The notes under the pieces are model-generated. The model was not told the origin of the DNA and ran no database searches. It saw only the letters and a list, made by a program, of their open reading frames with translations. A stretch of DNA of 64,000 bases from Tagaea sp. (lineage in GTDB: Bacteria; Pseudomonadota; Alphaproteobacteria; CACIAM-22H2): NCBI GenBank assembly GCA_965279525.1, contig CBDIIB010000005.1, positions 1,632,001-1,696,000 on the forward strand. Reading direction: 5' to 3'. The translations under genes and the position numbers were made by a program. This document shows, piece after piece, positions 1-10,705 of this stretch. Positions within the stretch are counted from its first letter, which is position 1, and every line of letters begins with the position of its first letter.

Positions 1-225
1 GTCAACATCGTCTATGTGTTCTTCGACACGTTCGGCATCATCGACTCCGTCACCGGTGGTGGCCCCGCCGGCAGCACCATGACGATGGTCTTCAAGGTCT
101 ATGCCGACGGCAAGCTCGGCAGCGATCTCGGCGGATCGGCCGCCCAGTCGGTCGTGCTGATGGTGATCGTGATCGCCCTCACGGCGATCCAGTTCAAATT
201 CGTCGAACGCAAGGTCCAGTACTGA
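1..225 (+). CDS. ugpA: sn-glycerol-3-phosphate ABC transporter permease UgpA (3' part, truncated by window edge)
   Basis: Open frame from base 1: [16 protein letters not shown]...[29 protein letters not shown] is the typical UgpA C-terminus; TGATG overlap with ugpE. Confidence 0.85.
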   Translation, partial: VNIVYVFFDTFGIIDSVTGGGPAGSTMTMVFKVYADGKLGSDLGGSAAQSVVLMVIVIALTAIQFKFVERKVQY

Positions 226-1076
226 TGGTCGAACGCCAGACCTTCGTCAGCCGTTACCTGCCGCACGTCGTGCTGATCATCGGCGTATGCATCGTGGCCT
301 TCCCTGTCTATCTGGCGCTGCTCGCCTCGACCTACGACGCGGCGTCCGTGCAGAACGGAAAGATGACGCTGCTGCCGGGCGGGCAGATGTTGGAGAACTT
401 CAACCGGGTCATTTTCACCGGCACGTCGTCCTCGACGCGAGAGCCGGTCGGCACGATGCTGCTGAACAGCTTCATCATGGCGATGGTGATCTCGCTCGGA
501 AAGATCACGATCTCTCTCATCTCGGCCTATGCGATCGTGTTTTTCCGATTTCCGTTCCGCATGGCGGCGTTCTGGCTGATCTTCATCACGCTGATGCTCC
601 CCGTCGAAGTGCGCATCTACCCGACCTACAAGATCGTCGCCGACCTGCAGCTTCTCGATACCTATACGGGCCTCACGCTGCCGCTGATCGCATCCGCCAC
701 AGCCACGCTGCTGTTCCGCCAGTTCTTCATGACCGTGCCCGAGGAGCTTGTCGAGGCGTCGAAGATCGACGGTGCGGGGCCGTTCCGCTTCTTCAAGGAC
801 ACGCTGCTGCCGCTGTCGGTCACCACGATCGCGGCACTGTTCGTGATCCAGTTCATCTATGGCTGGAACCAGTATCTCTGGCCGCTGCTGATCACGACGC
901 GCGACAACATGCAGACCATCGTCATCGGCATCAAGAAGATGATCGTCACCCAGGACGCGCTGACCGAATGGCAGCTCGCGATGGCGACGGCCGTGCTGGC
1001 GCTTCTGCCGCCGGTCTTCGTCGTGGTGGTCATGCAGAAGCTGTTCGTGAAGGGTCTCGTCGAGACCGAGAAGTGA
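225..1076 (+). CDS. ugpE: sn-glycerol-3-phosphate ABC transporter permease UgpE
   Basis: TLMLPVEVRIYPTY, PLIASATATLLFRQFF, EAA loop (EASKIDGAG), FIYGWNQYLWPLL, FVKGLVETEK. Confidence 0.9.
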   Translation: MVERQTFVSRYLPHVVLIIGVCIVAFPVYLALLASTYDAASVQNGKMTLLPGGQMLENFNRVIFTGTSSSTREPVGTMLLNSFIMAMVISLGKITISLISAYAIVFFRFPFRMAAFWLIFITLMLPVEVRIYPTYKIVADLQLLDTYTGLTLPLIASATATLLFRQFFMTVPEELVEASKIDGAGPFRFFKDTLLPLSVTTIAALFVIQFIYGWNQYLWPLLITTRDNMQTIVIGIKKMIVTQDALTEWQLAMATAVLALLPPVFVVVVMQKLFVKGLVETEK

Positions 1077-1101
1077 GTCCGGTACGCAAGGGGAATAGGG
1101 T

Positions 1102-2181
<1,080 letters not shown>

Positions 2182-2183
2182 GG

Positions 2184-2657
2184 ATGGCCACCGCGCGCTT
2201 CGGCCTCGAAACGCGCATCCCGCCTTTGGTCGTCCTGGCGCTTTGTGCGGCGTTGATCTGGTTCGGCCCGGTGATTTCCGGTTCGGTTCCGCTCGTCATT
2301 CCGTTCGCCGGTCCGGCTGCCGCAGCGCTTGGCATTGCCGGCGCCGCCATCGCGATCGATGCCGTGGTCCGCTTCGTCGGCGCGCGAACGACCGTCGATC
2401 CGCGCGATCCGGACAAAGCCGCGCGGCTGGTGACGGACGGCGCCTACCACTTTACCCGCAATCCGATGTATCTGGGCAAGGCGATGCTTCTGGCGGCGTT
2501 CTCGATCTGGCAGGCGGACCCTCTTGGCCTTCTCGCGGGCCCGGTCTATGTCGCCTATATCGACCGTTTCCAGATCGTGCCCGAAGAGCGCGCTCTCGGC
2601 AGTCTCTTCGGGGCTGCCTATGCCGACTGGTGTCGGCGCGTACGCCGCTGGATCTAG
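2184..2657 (+). CDS. Isoprenylcysteine carboxyl methyltransferase (ICMT/PEMT)-family membrane protein
   Basis: LVTDGAYHFTRNPMYLG and QIVPEERAL...FGAAYADW..RVRRWI motifs; ATG at 2184 just after the ugpC stop. Confidence 0.85.
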   Translation: MATARFGLETRIPPLVVLALCAALIWFGPVISGSVPLVIPFAGPAAAALGIAGAAIAIDAVVRFVGARTTVDPRDPDKAARLVTDGAYHFTRNPMYLGKAMLLAAFSIWQADPLGLLAGPVYVAYIDRFQIVPEERALGSLFGAAYADWCRRVRRWI

Positions 2658-3520
2658 AGATCGATCTCCGTCCAGATCGGCTGGTGGTCGGAGCCGACTG
2701 CCTCGTTGTCGACCCAGGCACGCTTGATCTTCGGGGCGATCGACGCGCTCGCGAAGCAATAGTCGATGCGCTGGAGCGGCTGCTTTTCCTGGCCGTCGCA
2801 TGTGACGCCGCTTTCCTCCGCATTGCCGGCCGCCACATAGGCATCGACGAGTCCGCTCCTCGCGGTCATTCGGCCGTATTCGGCCGACATCGGGCCGGCC
2901 AGCTTCGCATAGAGCGGGGAATCGGCCTTCAGATTGAAGTCGCCCATGAAAATCGCGGGCTGCGGCATGGGCGGCGGCGGCAGGCCTTGCGTCCAGTCCG
3001 CACCCTCGCGCGCCCCGCACCAGGCGCCGCCTTCGGCCGGCGCATCGCGGTGGATCGCCAGCAGGCGGTCGACCTGCGCTTCGCGGTCGCCGTCGCCAAG
3101 ATGCGACAGATGCAGCGAGTAGACCCGGATCGGGCCGGATCGCGGCGTGTCGATCACGCCTTCGATCGTCGAGCGCTGCAGGCAATAGAGGTTCGTCGCG
3201 CCGAATTTCGGCAGCAGATGGTGGCGCGAGCTGATGATCGGCGTCTTGCAAAGCAGCATGTTGCCGAACTGGCGGCGCCGGTTGCCCGGCGATCCGTTGG
3301 TGGCGTCCATGTCGTAGCCCGCCCCATAGACCCAATGGTACCCGGGCAGGGCCTGGGCGAGGACCGCGACCTGGTCGACGTCGTTCGAACGCGGCCAGTG
3401 GCGCTCGACCTCCTGAAGTGCGATGACATCGGCTCCCTTGACCGCGGCGGCGACGCGCCACAGGTCGATCTTTCCGTCCTTGCCCGTCCCGTACTGGATA
3501 TTGTAGCTGGCGAACAACAT
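2654..3520 (-). CDS. Endonuclease/exonuclease/phosphatase (EEP) family protein
   Basis: SYNIQ, DVIALQEV, FGN, MGDFN, RIDY and GSDHQP catalytic motifs. Confidence 0.9.
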   Translation of the reverse strand: MLFASYNIQYGTGKDGKIDLWRVAAAVKGADVIALQEVERHWPRSNDVDQVAVLAQALPGYHWVYGAGYDMDATNGSPGNRRRQFGNMLLCKTPIISSRHHLLPKFGATNLYCLQRSTIEGVIDTPRSGPIRVYSLHLSHLGDGDREAQVDRLLAIHRDAPAEGGAWCGAREGADWTQGLPPPPMPQPAIFMGDFNLKADSPLYAKLAGPMSAEYGRMTARSGLVDAYVAAGNAEESGVTCDGQEKQPLQRIDYCFASASIAPKIKRAWVDNEAVGSDHQPIWTEIDL

Positions 3521-4430
3521 GGCCGAATCCTCTCCCCCGCTTCACGGTTCCAGACTCTATCTCGCCCTTTTCTACATGCTGTGCATGGGGCTGGTCTGGG
3601 GGCTGCAGTTTTCGATGGCCAAGATCGCCATGCAAGGGGGAATTCACCCTCTCGGCTTCACGCTGGCGACGTCGATATCTGGTGCGGCCATCCTGCTGAC
3701 GGTCGCAAGGCTGCGCGGTGCGGCGATCCCGCTGCGGCGCGACTATCTCGTCTATGCGCTGGTCGCGGGTGCGACCGCCATTTCGATCCCGAACTCGATC
3801 GCGGCCCTCGTCGTCAGCCACGTGCCGGCGGGCCTTGCCGCGGTGCTCAACACGCTTTCGCCGGTGATCACCTATGCGATGGCATGGGCGATCGGCATGG
3901 AGAAGCGCCACAACCTGCGGCTCCTCGGGATCGGCTTCGGCTTCGCCGGCGCCCTGCTGGTCATCGGTCCGCGCGCCAGCCTGCCCGACCCGTCGATGGC
4001 GCCGTGGGTGGTGCTGTGCCTGCTGGTTCCGTTCTTCTATGCGCTGTCGAACGTCTATATCGCGCGCGCCCGCCCGAAGGACGTGGACTCGGTGGCGCTT
4101 GCCGCCAGCATGCAGCTCGGCTCGGCCGTCTGCATCCTGCCGGTGGCTTTGGCACTGGGTGCGCCGCACATGCCGGTACCGCCGCAGGGGTCGGCCGACT
4201 GGGCGCTGCTCGTCCAGTGCGTGCTGTCCGGATTCGGCTCGCTGCTGTTCTTCGAGGCGATGCGCATCGCCGGCCCCGTCTTCTTCAGCCAGACGGGCTT
4301 CATCGTGACGCTTGCCGGCGTGTTCTGGGGCTGGCTGCTGTTCGGCGAGACGCACAGCGCGTGGATCTGGGCGGCGATGGCGTCGATCTTCGTGGGCCTG
4401 GCGCTTGTGACGCGCGCGGGCCGGCGCTGA
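3519..4430 (+). CDS. DMT/EamA family transporter
   Basis: About 10 hydrophobic helices; WGxxF, P(A)GLAAV, G...GWLLFGE motifs; start may instead be ATG 3576. Confidence 0.85.
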   Translation: MAESSPPLHGSRLYLALFYMLCMGLVWGLQFSMAKIAMQGGIHPLGFTLATSISGAAILLTVARLRGAAIPLRRDYLVYALVAGATAISIPNSIAALVVSHVPAGLAAVLNTLSPVITYAMAWAIGMEKRHNLRLLGIGFGFAGALLVIGPRASLPDPSMAPWVVLCLLVPFFYALSNVYIARARPKDVDSVALAASMQLGSAVCILPVALALGAPHMPVPPQGSADWALLVQCVLSGFGSLLFFEAMRIAGPVFFSQTGFIVTLAGVFWGWLLFGETHSAWIWAAMASIFVGLALVTRAGRR

Positions 4431-4433
4431 CGC

Positions 4434-5660
4434 TCAGCGGTTCTCGCGGATGAAGCCGCGCACCTGCGGCAGGATTTCGGTGCGCCAGCGCCTGCCGTTG
4501 AAGATGCCGTAGTGGCCGACATCCTTCTGCAGCCAGTGGCGGTGCTTGTCCGCCGGAAGGTTGGCGCATAGCGCATGCGCCGCGAAGGTCTGGCCCACGC
4601 CGGATATGTCGTCGAGCTCGCCTTCGACCGTCATCAGCGCCGTATTGCGGATCGCCCCCGGATCGACCTTGCGGCCGCGCGACACCCACGTGCCGTTGGG
4701 CAGGTCGTGATCCTGGAAGGCGACCTTGATCGTCTGCAGATAGAAGGCCGCGTCGAGATCCATGACGGAAAGATACTCGTCGTAGAATTCGCGGTGCCCC
4801 TGCGCGCCCAGTCCGTCGCCGCGCACGAGGTGCTGGAACTGCTTCATCGCCGAACCGACATGCCTGTCGAGATTCATGCTCATGAATCCGGAGAGCTGGA
4901 TGAAGCCCGGATAGACGCGCCGCAGGAAGCCCGGATAGGCCGGCGGCACGGTCGAGATGACCGAGCGCTCGAACCATTCGATCGAGCGCTCCTCGGCAAG
5001 CTTGTTGACCTTGGTCGGGTTTACGCGCGTGTCGACGGGGCCGCCCATCAGCGTCATCGAGCGCGGGGCCGCGGCCGGATCGAGGACCGAAATCAGGGAA
5101 ACCGCCGCCATCACCGGAACCGACGGCTGGCACACAGCGATCAGGTGCGTCTCCGGCCCGAGGAACTCCATGAACTCGATCAGGTAGTCGACATAGTCGT
5201 CGAGGTCGAACTCCTTGCCTTCGATCATCGGCACGAGTGCCGCGTTGACCCAGTCGGTGACGTAGACGTCGTGGTCGGGCAGCAGCGCTTCGACGGTTCC
5301 GCGCAGCAGCGTGGCGTAGTGGCCCGACATCGGGGCGACGACCAGCACGCGCGGATCGGCGCGGTCGGTTCCGGTGTCGCGCCGGAAATGCAGCAGGTCG
5401 CAGAAAGGCTTGGAGTGGACGACTTCTTCGAACACGGGCGCTTCCACGCCGTCAACGACAACGGTGTCGAGACGGAAGGCAGGCTTGCCGTAGCGACGTG
5501 TCGCGCGCTCGACCATTTCCGCGCCCGCCGCCATCGCGCGGCCGAAGCGCGTATACGACATCGGCATCAAGGGGTGGCTGAAGACGTTCTGCACGGCTTC
5601 CGCGGTCAGCCGCACGGGCGTGAGGAGCGTCTGCTGCATGTCATAGAGTTGGTAGAGCAT
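4434..5660 (-). CDS. phaZ: Intracellular polyhydroxyalkanoate (PHB) depolymerase
   Basis: VAPMSGHYATLLRGT, AVCQP (Cys nucleophile), RRVYPGFIQL, TVEGELDDISG, VGHYGIFNGRRW. Confidence 0.93.
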   Translation of the reverse strand: MLYQLYDMQQTLLTPVRLTAEAVQNVFSHPLMPMSYTRFGRAMAAGAEMVERATRRYGKPAFRLDTVVVDGVEAPVFEEVVHSKPFCDLLHFRRDTGTDRADPRVLVVAPMSGHYATLLRGTVEALLPDHDVYVTDWVNAALVPMIEGKEFDLDDYVDYLIEFMEFLGPETHLIAVCQPSVPVMAAVSLISVLDPAAAPRSMTLMGGPVDTRVNPTKVNKLAEERSIEWFERSVISTVPPAYPGFLRRVYPGFIQLSGFMSMNLDRHVGSAMKQFQHLVRGDGLGAQGHREFYDEYLSVMDLDAAFYLQTIKVAFQDHDLPNGTWVSRGRKVDPGAIRNTALMTVEGELDDISGVGQTFAAHALCANLPADKHRHWLQKDVGHYGIFNGRRWRTEILPQVRGFIRENR

Positions 5661-5713
5661 TGGTCCCCCAGACCGGGGCGGAAAGCCGGGGGGCTCCCTC
5701 GCGGACGGTCAAC

Positions 5714-7042
5714 TTAGTCGCCTGTCGTCGAATGTCCAGCACGGTCGATCAGGTGCACGAACGATCCCGCGACGCTTCCGACTCGGCAGCCTGCCGATCC
5801 TAGCGGATTGTCGCGCGCGTCGCGCAGTCCGAACAGTGGCTCCGCACCTTCGGAAACTACGCTCGCATAGTGGAATTCGTGCCCGCGGAAACCGGCGCCC
5901 TTCCGGCCCAATATGCCGTCGGCGTCGAGGATCGCGGCTCGGTAGCCAAGATGCAGCCGGCGCGCGGCGAACGAAGTCTCGAGCGGTAGCAGGCCGGCCA
6001 TTTCATGGCGCGTGCCGTCGGCATCGACGAGCCCCTTGCCCAGCGCCATGTAGCCGCCGCATTCGCCATAGATCGCTCCGCGATGGACGGCGAGGGCAGT
6101 CTTGAACCGGCCCGCGGCCGCGAGCCGGCCGGCGTGCAGCTCGGGGTAGCCGCCGGGCAGATAGACCGAATCGCTTGAGGGGTCCGGCGCTTCGTCGGCG
6201 AGCGGCGAGAAGAACGAGATTTCGGCGCCGGCCGCGCGCCAGCCTGCAAGCGTGGCCGGATAGGCGAAGGCGAACGCGATGTCGCGTGCGACGGCGATGC
6301 GCTGGCCGAGCGGGGCGAGCGGGCGCGCGTCGTCTGTCGTCGGGGCGCACGCGGGTCGTGCGGCGGCAACCAGTGCTTCGAGATCGATGCCGGATGCGCA
6401 CGCGTCGGCCGCATGGTCGAGGAATCCGTCGAGCTCGGGCGTCTCCCCGGCGGGGACGAGACCAAGATGGCGTTCGGGCAGTTGCAGGGCGGCCGCGCGT
6501 CCGACAGCGCCAAGGTACCGGATTTCCGGACAGGCGAGGGCGAGCGCTTCGCGCAACAGTGCCACGTGCGAAGGCCCGCCGCAGCGGTTGAACACCACGC
6601 CCGCGAAGCGCAACTCCGCGCGCGCACACACGAAGCCCGAGACGAGCGGCCCCGCCGATGCCGCAAGGCCGCGCGCGTCGACGACGAGTACGACCGGCCA
6701 GCCGGTGCGCGCGGCAAGGTCGGCGGTCGAACCGGTCCCGCGCGCGTCGATGCCGTCGAACAGGCCCATCACGCCTTCGCACAGCACGAGGTCGGCATCG
6801 CGCGCGAGCGCGCCGAGCAGGCCGTCGAACGTGGCCGCGCGCATCGCCCAGGGATCGAGATTGCGGCCGGCACGTCCGGCCGCGGCCGCGTGGAAGGTCG
6901 GATCGACATAGTCGGGGCCGATTTTGGCCGGTGCCACGCGCAGGCCACGCCGGACAAGCGCCCGCAGGATGCCCAGCGTCAGTGTCGTCTTGCCGCTGCC
7001 CGAAGCGGGTGCGGCCAGGATCAGGCCGGGTGTGGCGCTCAA
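5714..7042 (-). CDS. cobB: Cobyrinate/hydrogenobyrinate a,c-diamide synthase
   Basis: SGSGKTT, GPDYVDP, EGVMGLFDG, PERHLGL, LPGGYPE, GECGG, GHEFHY; probable TTG start at 7042 overlapping the upstream TGA. Confidence 0.93.
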   Translation of the reverse strand: MSATPGLILAAPASGSGKTTLTLGILRALVRRGLRVAPAKIGPDYVDPTFHAAAAGRAGRNLDPWAMRAATFDGLLGALARDADLVLCEGVMGLFDGIDARGTGSTADLAARTGWPVVLVVDARGLAASAGPLVSGFVCARAELRFAGVVFNRCGGPSHVALLREALALACPEIRYLGAVGRAAALQLPERHLGLVPAGETPELDGFLDHAADACASGIDLEALVAAARPACAPTTDDARPLAPLGQRIAVARDIAFAFAYPATLAGWRAAGAEISFFSPLADEAPDPSSDSVYLPGGYPELHAGRLAAAGRFKTALAVHRGAIYGECGGYMALGKGLVDADGTRHEMAGLLPLETSFAARRLHLGYRAAILDADGILGRKGAGFRGHEFHYASVVSEGAEPLFGLRDARDNPLGSAGCRVGSVAGSFVHLIDRAGHSTTGD

Positions 7043-7338
7043 GTCGCGCGCGACGGGCCGACCGGCTGATCGGGTGCCCGTTCGCGCCGCCAGCCGCGCT
7101 TTTCCATGCATCGGCGGTATTCTTCGGCAGTCATCGACGTGGAACCCGGCCGCCCGCTCTCGCCGCCATAGACGCCGCGGTCGGCAAAGCCGAAGTCGCT
7201 CGCGGCACGCCGGCATTCCTGCTGGTCGTATTCGAGCTGGCCCGGACCGGCGCTCTCCTTGATCCACGTCGTGCGCGATTCGCATGCCGATAGCGCCAGT
7301 GCCGCAAGGACCGCCGCAAGTACCGAAAGCCGACCCAT
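7039..7338 (-). CDS. Small lipoprotein of unknown function
   Basis: Signal peptide with lipobox LSAC; two further Cys (ECRR, RCME..GW); purine-rich RBS GAAAAGGGG; sits between cobA and cobB. Confidence 0.75.
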   Translation of the reverse strand: MGRLSVLAAVLAALALSACESRTTWIKESAGPGQLEYDQQECRRAASDFGFADRGVYGGESGRPGSTSMTAEEYRRCMEKRGWRRERAPDQPVGPSRAT

Positions 7339-7353
7339 CTCAAGTTCCCCTTT

Positions 7354-8199
7354 TCATGCCGATTCCGCAGTCCCCCGGCCGTCGAGGCCGAGGGGATTGG
7401 AATCGAGTACCCGTCCCTGTGCCGCCCCGAGCCAGTCGAGACCGGCGCGCAGGCGTACCACGTCGCCGACCACGAACAGGGCCGGCGGTTCGAAATCGGC
7501 CGCTGCCGCGTCGTGCGCGGCGGCGCCGAGCGTCGTCTCGAGCACCCGCTGTTCGGGCGTGCTGGCGCGCGACACGATCGCGGCCGGCGTATGCGCATCG
7601 CGCCCGCCGCCGATCAGCAGCCGCGCGATGCGGTCGAGATGCTTGAGCGCCATGTAGAAGACGATGGTCGGGGCGCCGCGCGCCAGCGCTTCCCAGTCGA
7701 GCCCGTCCGGCACGTCGCCGGTCACGCCATGGCCGGTCACGAAGGTGACGGCCTGGTTGGTATCGCGATGCGTGACCGGGATGCCGGCATAGGCAAGCCC
7801 GCCGATCCCCGAGGTGACGCCTGGCACGATCCGGAACGGAACCCTGGCGCCGGCGAGCGCCAGCGCTTCCTCGCCTCCGCGCCCGAAAACGAACGGATCG
7901 CCGCCCTTGAGGCGCAGCACGCGCTTGCCCTCGCGCGCCAGGTCGACGAGGCGCAGCGAGATGTCGCGCTGCTTGGGGCTGGGCCGGCCGCCGCGCTTTC
8001 CGGCATATTCGAGAATGGAACCGTTGCGGGCGAGCTTCAGGACGCGGGCATCGACCAGCGCGTCGTAGACGATGATGTCGGCCTGACGCAGGGCATGCAG
8101 GGCATGCAGCGTCAGCAGGCCCGGGTCGCCCGGGCCCGCACCCACAAGCCAGACCGTGCCGGGTGCGAAATCCGGCATTTCCAGACCGAGCGTGTCCAT
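7354..8199 (-). CDS. cobA: Uroporphyrinogen-III C-methyltransferase
   Basis: VWLVGAGPGDPGLLT, YDALV, RLKGGDPFVFGRGGEE, VPGVTS, GIPVTHR. Confidence 0.95.
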   Translation of the reverse strand: MDTLGLEMPDFAPGTVWLVGAGPGDPGLLTLHALHALRQADIIVYDALVDARVLKLARNGSILEYAGKRGGRPSPKQRDISLRLVDLAREGKRVLRLKGGDPFVFGRGGEEALALAGARVPFRIVPGVTSGIGGLAYAGIPVTHRDTNQAVTFVTGHGVTGDVPDGLDWEALARGAPTIVFYMALKHLDRIARLLIGGGRDAHTPAAIVSRASTPEQRVLETTLGAAAHDAAAADFEPPALFVVGDVVRLRAGLDWLGAAQGRVLDSNPLGLDGRGTAESA

Positions 8200-8248
8200 C
8201 GGGCCCAGTCTATCCGCCCCGGGCGGTCGATGCTAGCCTACTGAAACC

Positions 8249-9349
8249 ATGGCAGAAGACGAGCTTCCGCCCCGACCCGAGGGCCCGTTGCGCAGCGGCT
8301 GGACGACCGGTGCCTGTGCCGCCGCCGCGGCGCGTGCGGCCGGCGAGGCGCTGGCGACCGGACGCATGCCCGCGCGCGTGACCATCCGCCTGCCGAGGGG
8401 CCAGACGCCCGAATTTGCCGTCGTCGATCCGGCGGTCGGCGTCGGCTGGGCCGAGGCCGGGATCGTCAAGGATGCCGGCGACGATCCCGACGTCACGCAT
8501 GGCGCCTTGATCCGCACGCGCCTCGATCCGGCGGCCCCCGGCACCGGCCTTACGTTCGTGGCCGGCGAGGGCGTGGGCACGGTCACGCGCCCCGGCCTGC
8601 CGCTCGGCGTGGGCGAGCCCGCGATCAATCCCGGCCCGCGCGGCATGATCGCCGCGGCCCTTGGCGAAGTGCATCTGCAGTTCGGAGGTCCCGTCGACTG
8701 GCGCGTCACCGTATCGATCCCGGGCGGCGCGGCACTCGCGGCCAAGACGCTCAATTCGCGTCTCGGCATCGTGGGCGGCCTGTCGGTGCTGGGAACGACC
8801 GGCATCGTCACGCCCTATTCGTGCGCGGCGTGGATCCACTCCATCCATCGCGGCATCGACGTGGCGCGGGCCACCGGCCTTGGCCATGTCGCGGCCGCGA
8901 CCGGTTCGACGTCGGAAGCCTTCGTGCAGAAGCTCTACGGCCTGCCCGAACACGCGCTGATCGACATGGGCGACTTCGCCGGCGGCACGCTCAAGTATCT
9001 GCGCGAGAAGCCGGTGGCACGCGTCACGCTGGCCGGCGGGTTCGCCAAGCTTGCCAAGCTCGCGGCGGGCGCCATGGACCTCCACTCGTCGCGCAGTCGC
9101 GTGGACAACTCCCATCTGGCGCGCCTGCTTGCCGAGCTGGGGGCGCCCGGCGATCTGGTCGCGCGTGCCGGCCCCGACGCGTCGGCGGGCGCCATCCTTG
9201 CCGACTCGCGCCGGGCGGGCATCGCCATCGGCGATGCGGTCGCACGCCAGGCGCTGCACTTCGCGTCGGGAATTGCAGGCGACGGCGTGCGCCTCGACGT
9301 CGTCGTCGTCGACCGGGCGGGCGAACTGGTCGGGCGGGCCGGGCCATGA
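8249..9349 (+). CDS. cbiD: Cobalt-precorrin-5B C1-methyltransferase
   Basis: LRSGWTTGACA, KDAGDDPDVTHG, AINPGPR, TLNSRLGIVGGLSVLGTTGIV, DLHS. Confidence 0.95.
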   Translation: MAEDELPPRPEGPLRSGWTTGACAAAAARAAGEALATGRMPARVTIRLPRGQTPEFAVVDPAVGVGWAEAGIVKDAGDDPDVTHGALIRTRLDPAAPGTGLTFVAGEGVGTVTRPGLPLGVGEPAINPGPRGMIAAALGEVHLQFGGPVDWRVTVSIPGGAALAAKTLNSRLGIVGGLSVLGTTGIVTPYSCAAWIHSIHRGIDVARATGLGHVAAATGSTSEAFVQKLYGLPEHALIDMGDFAGGTLKYLREKPVARVTLAGGFAKLAKLAAGAMDLHSSRSRVDNSHLARLLAELGAPGDLVARAGPDASAGAILADSRRAGIAIGDAVARQALHFASGIAGDGVRLDVVVVDRAGELVGRAGP

Positions 9350-10107
9350 GCGCCAATCGGGTGCTTGTCCTTGGTGGCACGCAGGATGCGCGCGAGCTCG
9401 CCGACGCGCTTGTCGCCGACGGCATCGATGCGGTCCTGTCGCTCGCCGGGCGCACGAGTGCGCCGGCGGCGAGTTCCGCGCGCACGCGTAGCGGCGGCTT
9501 CGGCGGTGTCGACGGGCTTGCCGCCTATCTGCGCGCCGAGGGGATCGTTGCCTGCGTCGACGCGACGCATCCGTTCGCCGCGCGCATGTCGGCCAATGCC
9601 GCAGCTGCGTGTGCGGCCATGTCGGTGCCGCGCATGGCGCTGGTGCGTCCCGAATGGCTTCCGGTCGATGGCGACCGCTGGATCTTCGTCGACGATACGG
9701 CGCAGGCCGCGCGCCTGCTGCCGGCGATGGGCCGGCGGATCTTCCTTGCCTTTGCCGACGGGCTGGCGCCCTTCGCCGGCCTTGATCTCGATTTCATCGT
9801 CCGGCGCGCCGAACCCGGTCCGGTCGATCTGCCCGGCGCGCGCGTGCTCGTCCAGCGCGGGCCGTTCGCGCGCGATGCCGAGCGTGCCCTGTTCGCGGCC
9901 GAGCGGGTCGACGCGATCGTCGCGAAGGCGAGCGGCGGCGAAGCGGCCCGCGCCAAGCTCGACGCGGCGCGCAATCTCGGGCTGCCGGTTATCCTGCTGC
10001 GCCGGCCGCCGCTGCCGGCCGGTCCACAGTGCGCCGGCGTGGCCGAAGCGGCCGCCTGGGTCCGGACCACGCTGGGGCTTGACCGGGGGGCGGCTTCGTC
10101 CGTCTAA
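9346..10107 (+). CDS. cobK: (Cobalt-)precorrin-6A reductase
   Basis: VLVLGGT, SLAGRT, GGFGG, VDATHPFA, RGPF, KASGG; ATGA overlap with the cbiD stop. Confidence 0.93.
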   Translation: MSANRVLVLGGTQDARELADALVADGIDAVLSLAGRTSAPAASSARTRSGGFGGVDGLAAYLRAEGIVACVDATHPFAARMSANAAAACAAMSVPRMALVRPEWLPVDGDRWIFVDDTAQAARLLPAMGRRIFLAFADGLAPFAGLDLDFIVRRAEPGPVDLPGARVLVQRGPFARDAERALFAAERVDAIVAKASGGEAARAKLDAARNLGLPVILLRRPPLPAGPQCAGVAEAAAWVRTTLGLDRGAASSV

Positions 10108-10114
10108 TCCGGGC

Positions 10115-10675
10115 ATGCGCCTGTTTTTCGCCATCCTGCTGCTCGCCCTCGTTCCCACGGCCGGCGAGGCACAGTTCAAGATCGAGGTCCTCCAGCGCCG
10201 GCCGCTTGCCGAGGCGGCGCGCGACGGGAATATCGACGCGCTCAAGGCGCAGCTCGCCGCGAACGTCACGCCCAACCAGTTCGATCTCGAGAACCGGCCG
10301 GCCATCGCCAACGCGGCGGCCAACGGCCATACCGAGGCCGTGCGCCTGCTGATCGAGGCGAAGGCCAATCCCGACAACCGCGACAAGACGAACCGCACCG
10401 CCCTGATGTGGGCGGCCGAACGCGGACATGTCGCCATCGTGCGCCTGCTGATCGCCGCGCGCGCCAACGTCAATCTCGACGAGCGCGGCACGGCCCAGAC
10501 GGCGATCATGATCGCTTCGCGCGAAGGCCATCTGCAGATCGTCGAGGCGCTGTTGCAGGCCGGCGCCGACCTTTCGCGGACCGACGTGACCGGGCGAACG
10601 GCACTGGCCCAGGCCGAGGCGGCCAACCGCCGCCAGGTCGTCGACTTCCTTCGCCGGCACAACGCCCCCCGCTAA
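10115..10675 (+). CDS. Exported ankyrin-repeat protein
   Basis: Signal peptide MRLFFAILLLALVPTAGEA; 4-5 ankyrin repeats (TALMWAAERGH, TAIMIASREGH..VEALLQAGAD). Confidence 0.85.
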   Translation: MRLFFAILLLALVPTAGEAQFKIEVLQRRPLAEAARDGNIDALKAQLAANVTPNQFDLENRPAIANAAANGHTEAVRLLIEAKANPDNRDKTNRTALMWAAERGHVAIVRLLIAARANVNLDERGTAQTAIMIASREGHLQIVEALLQAGADLSRTDVTGRTALAQAEAANRRQVVDFLRRHNAPR

Positions 10676-10705
10676 GCCCCCTTTCCGCGAACGGAGACCC
10701 TCCAC

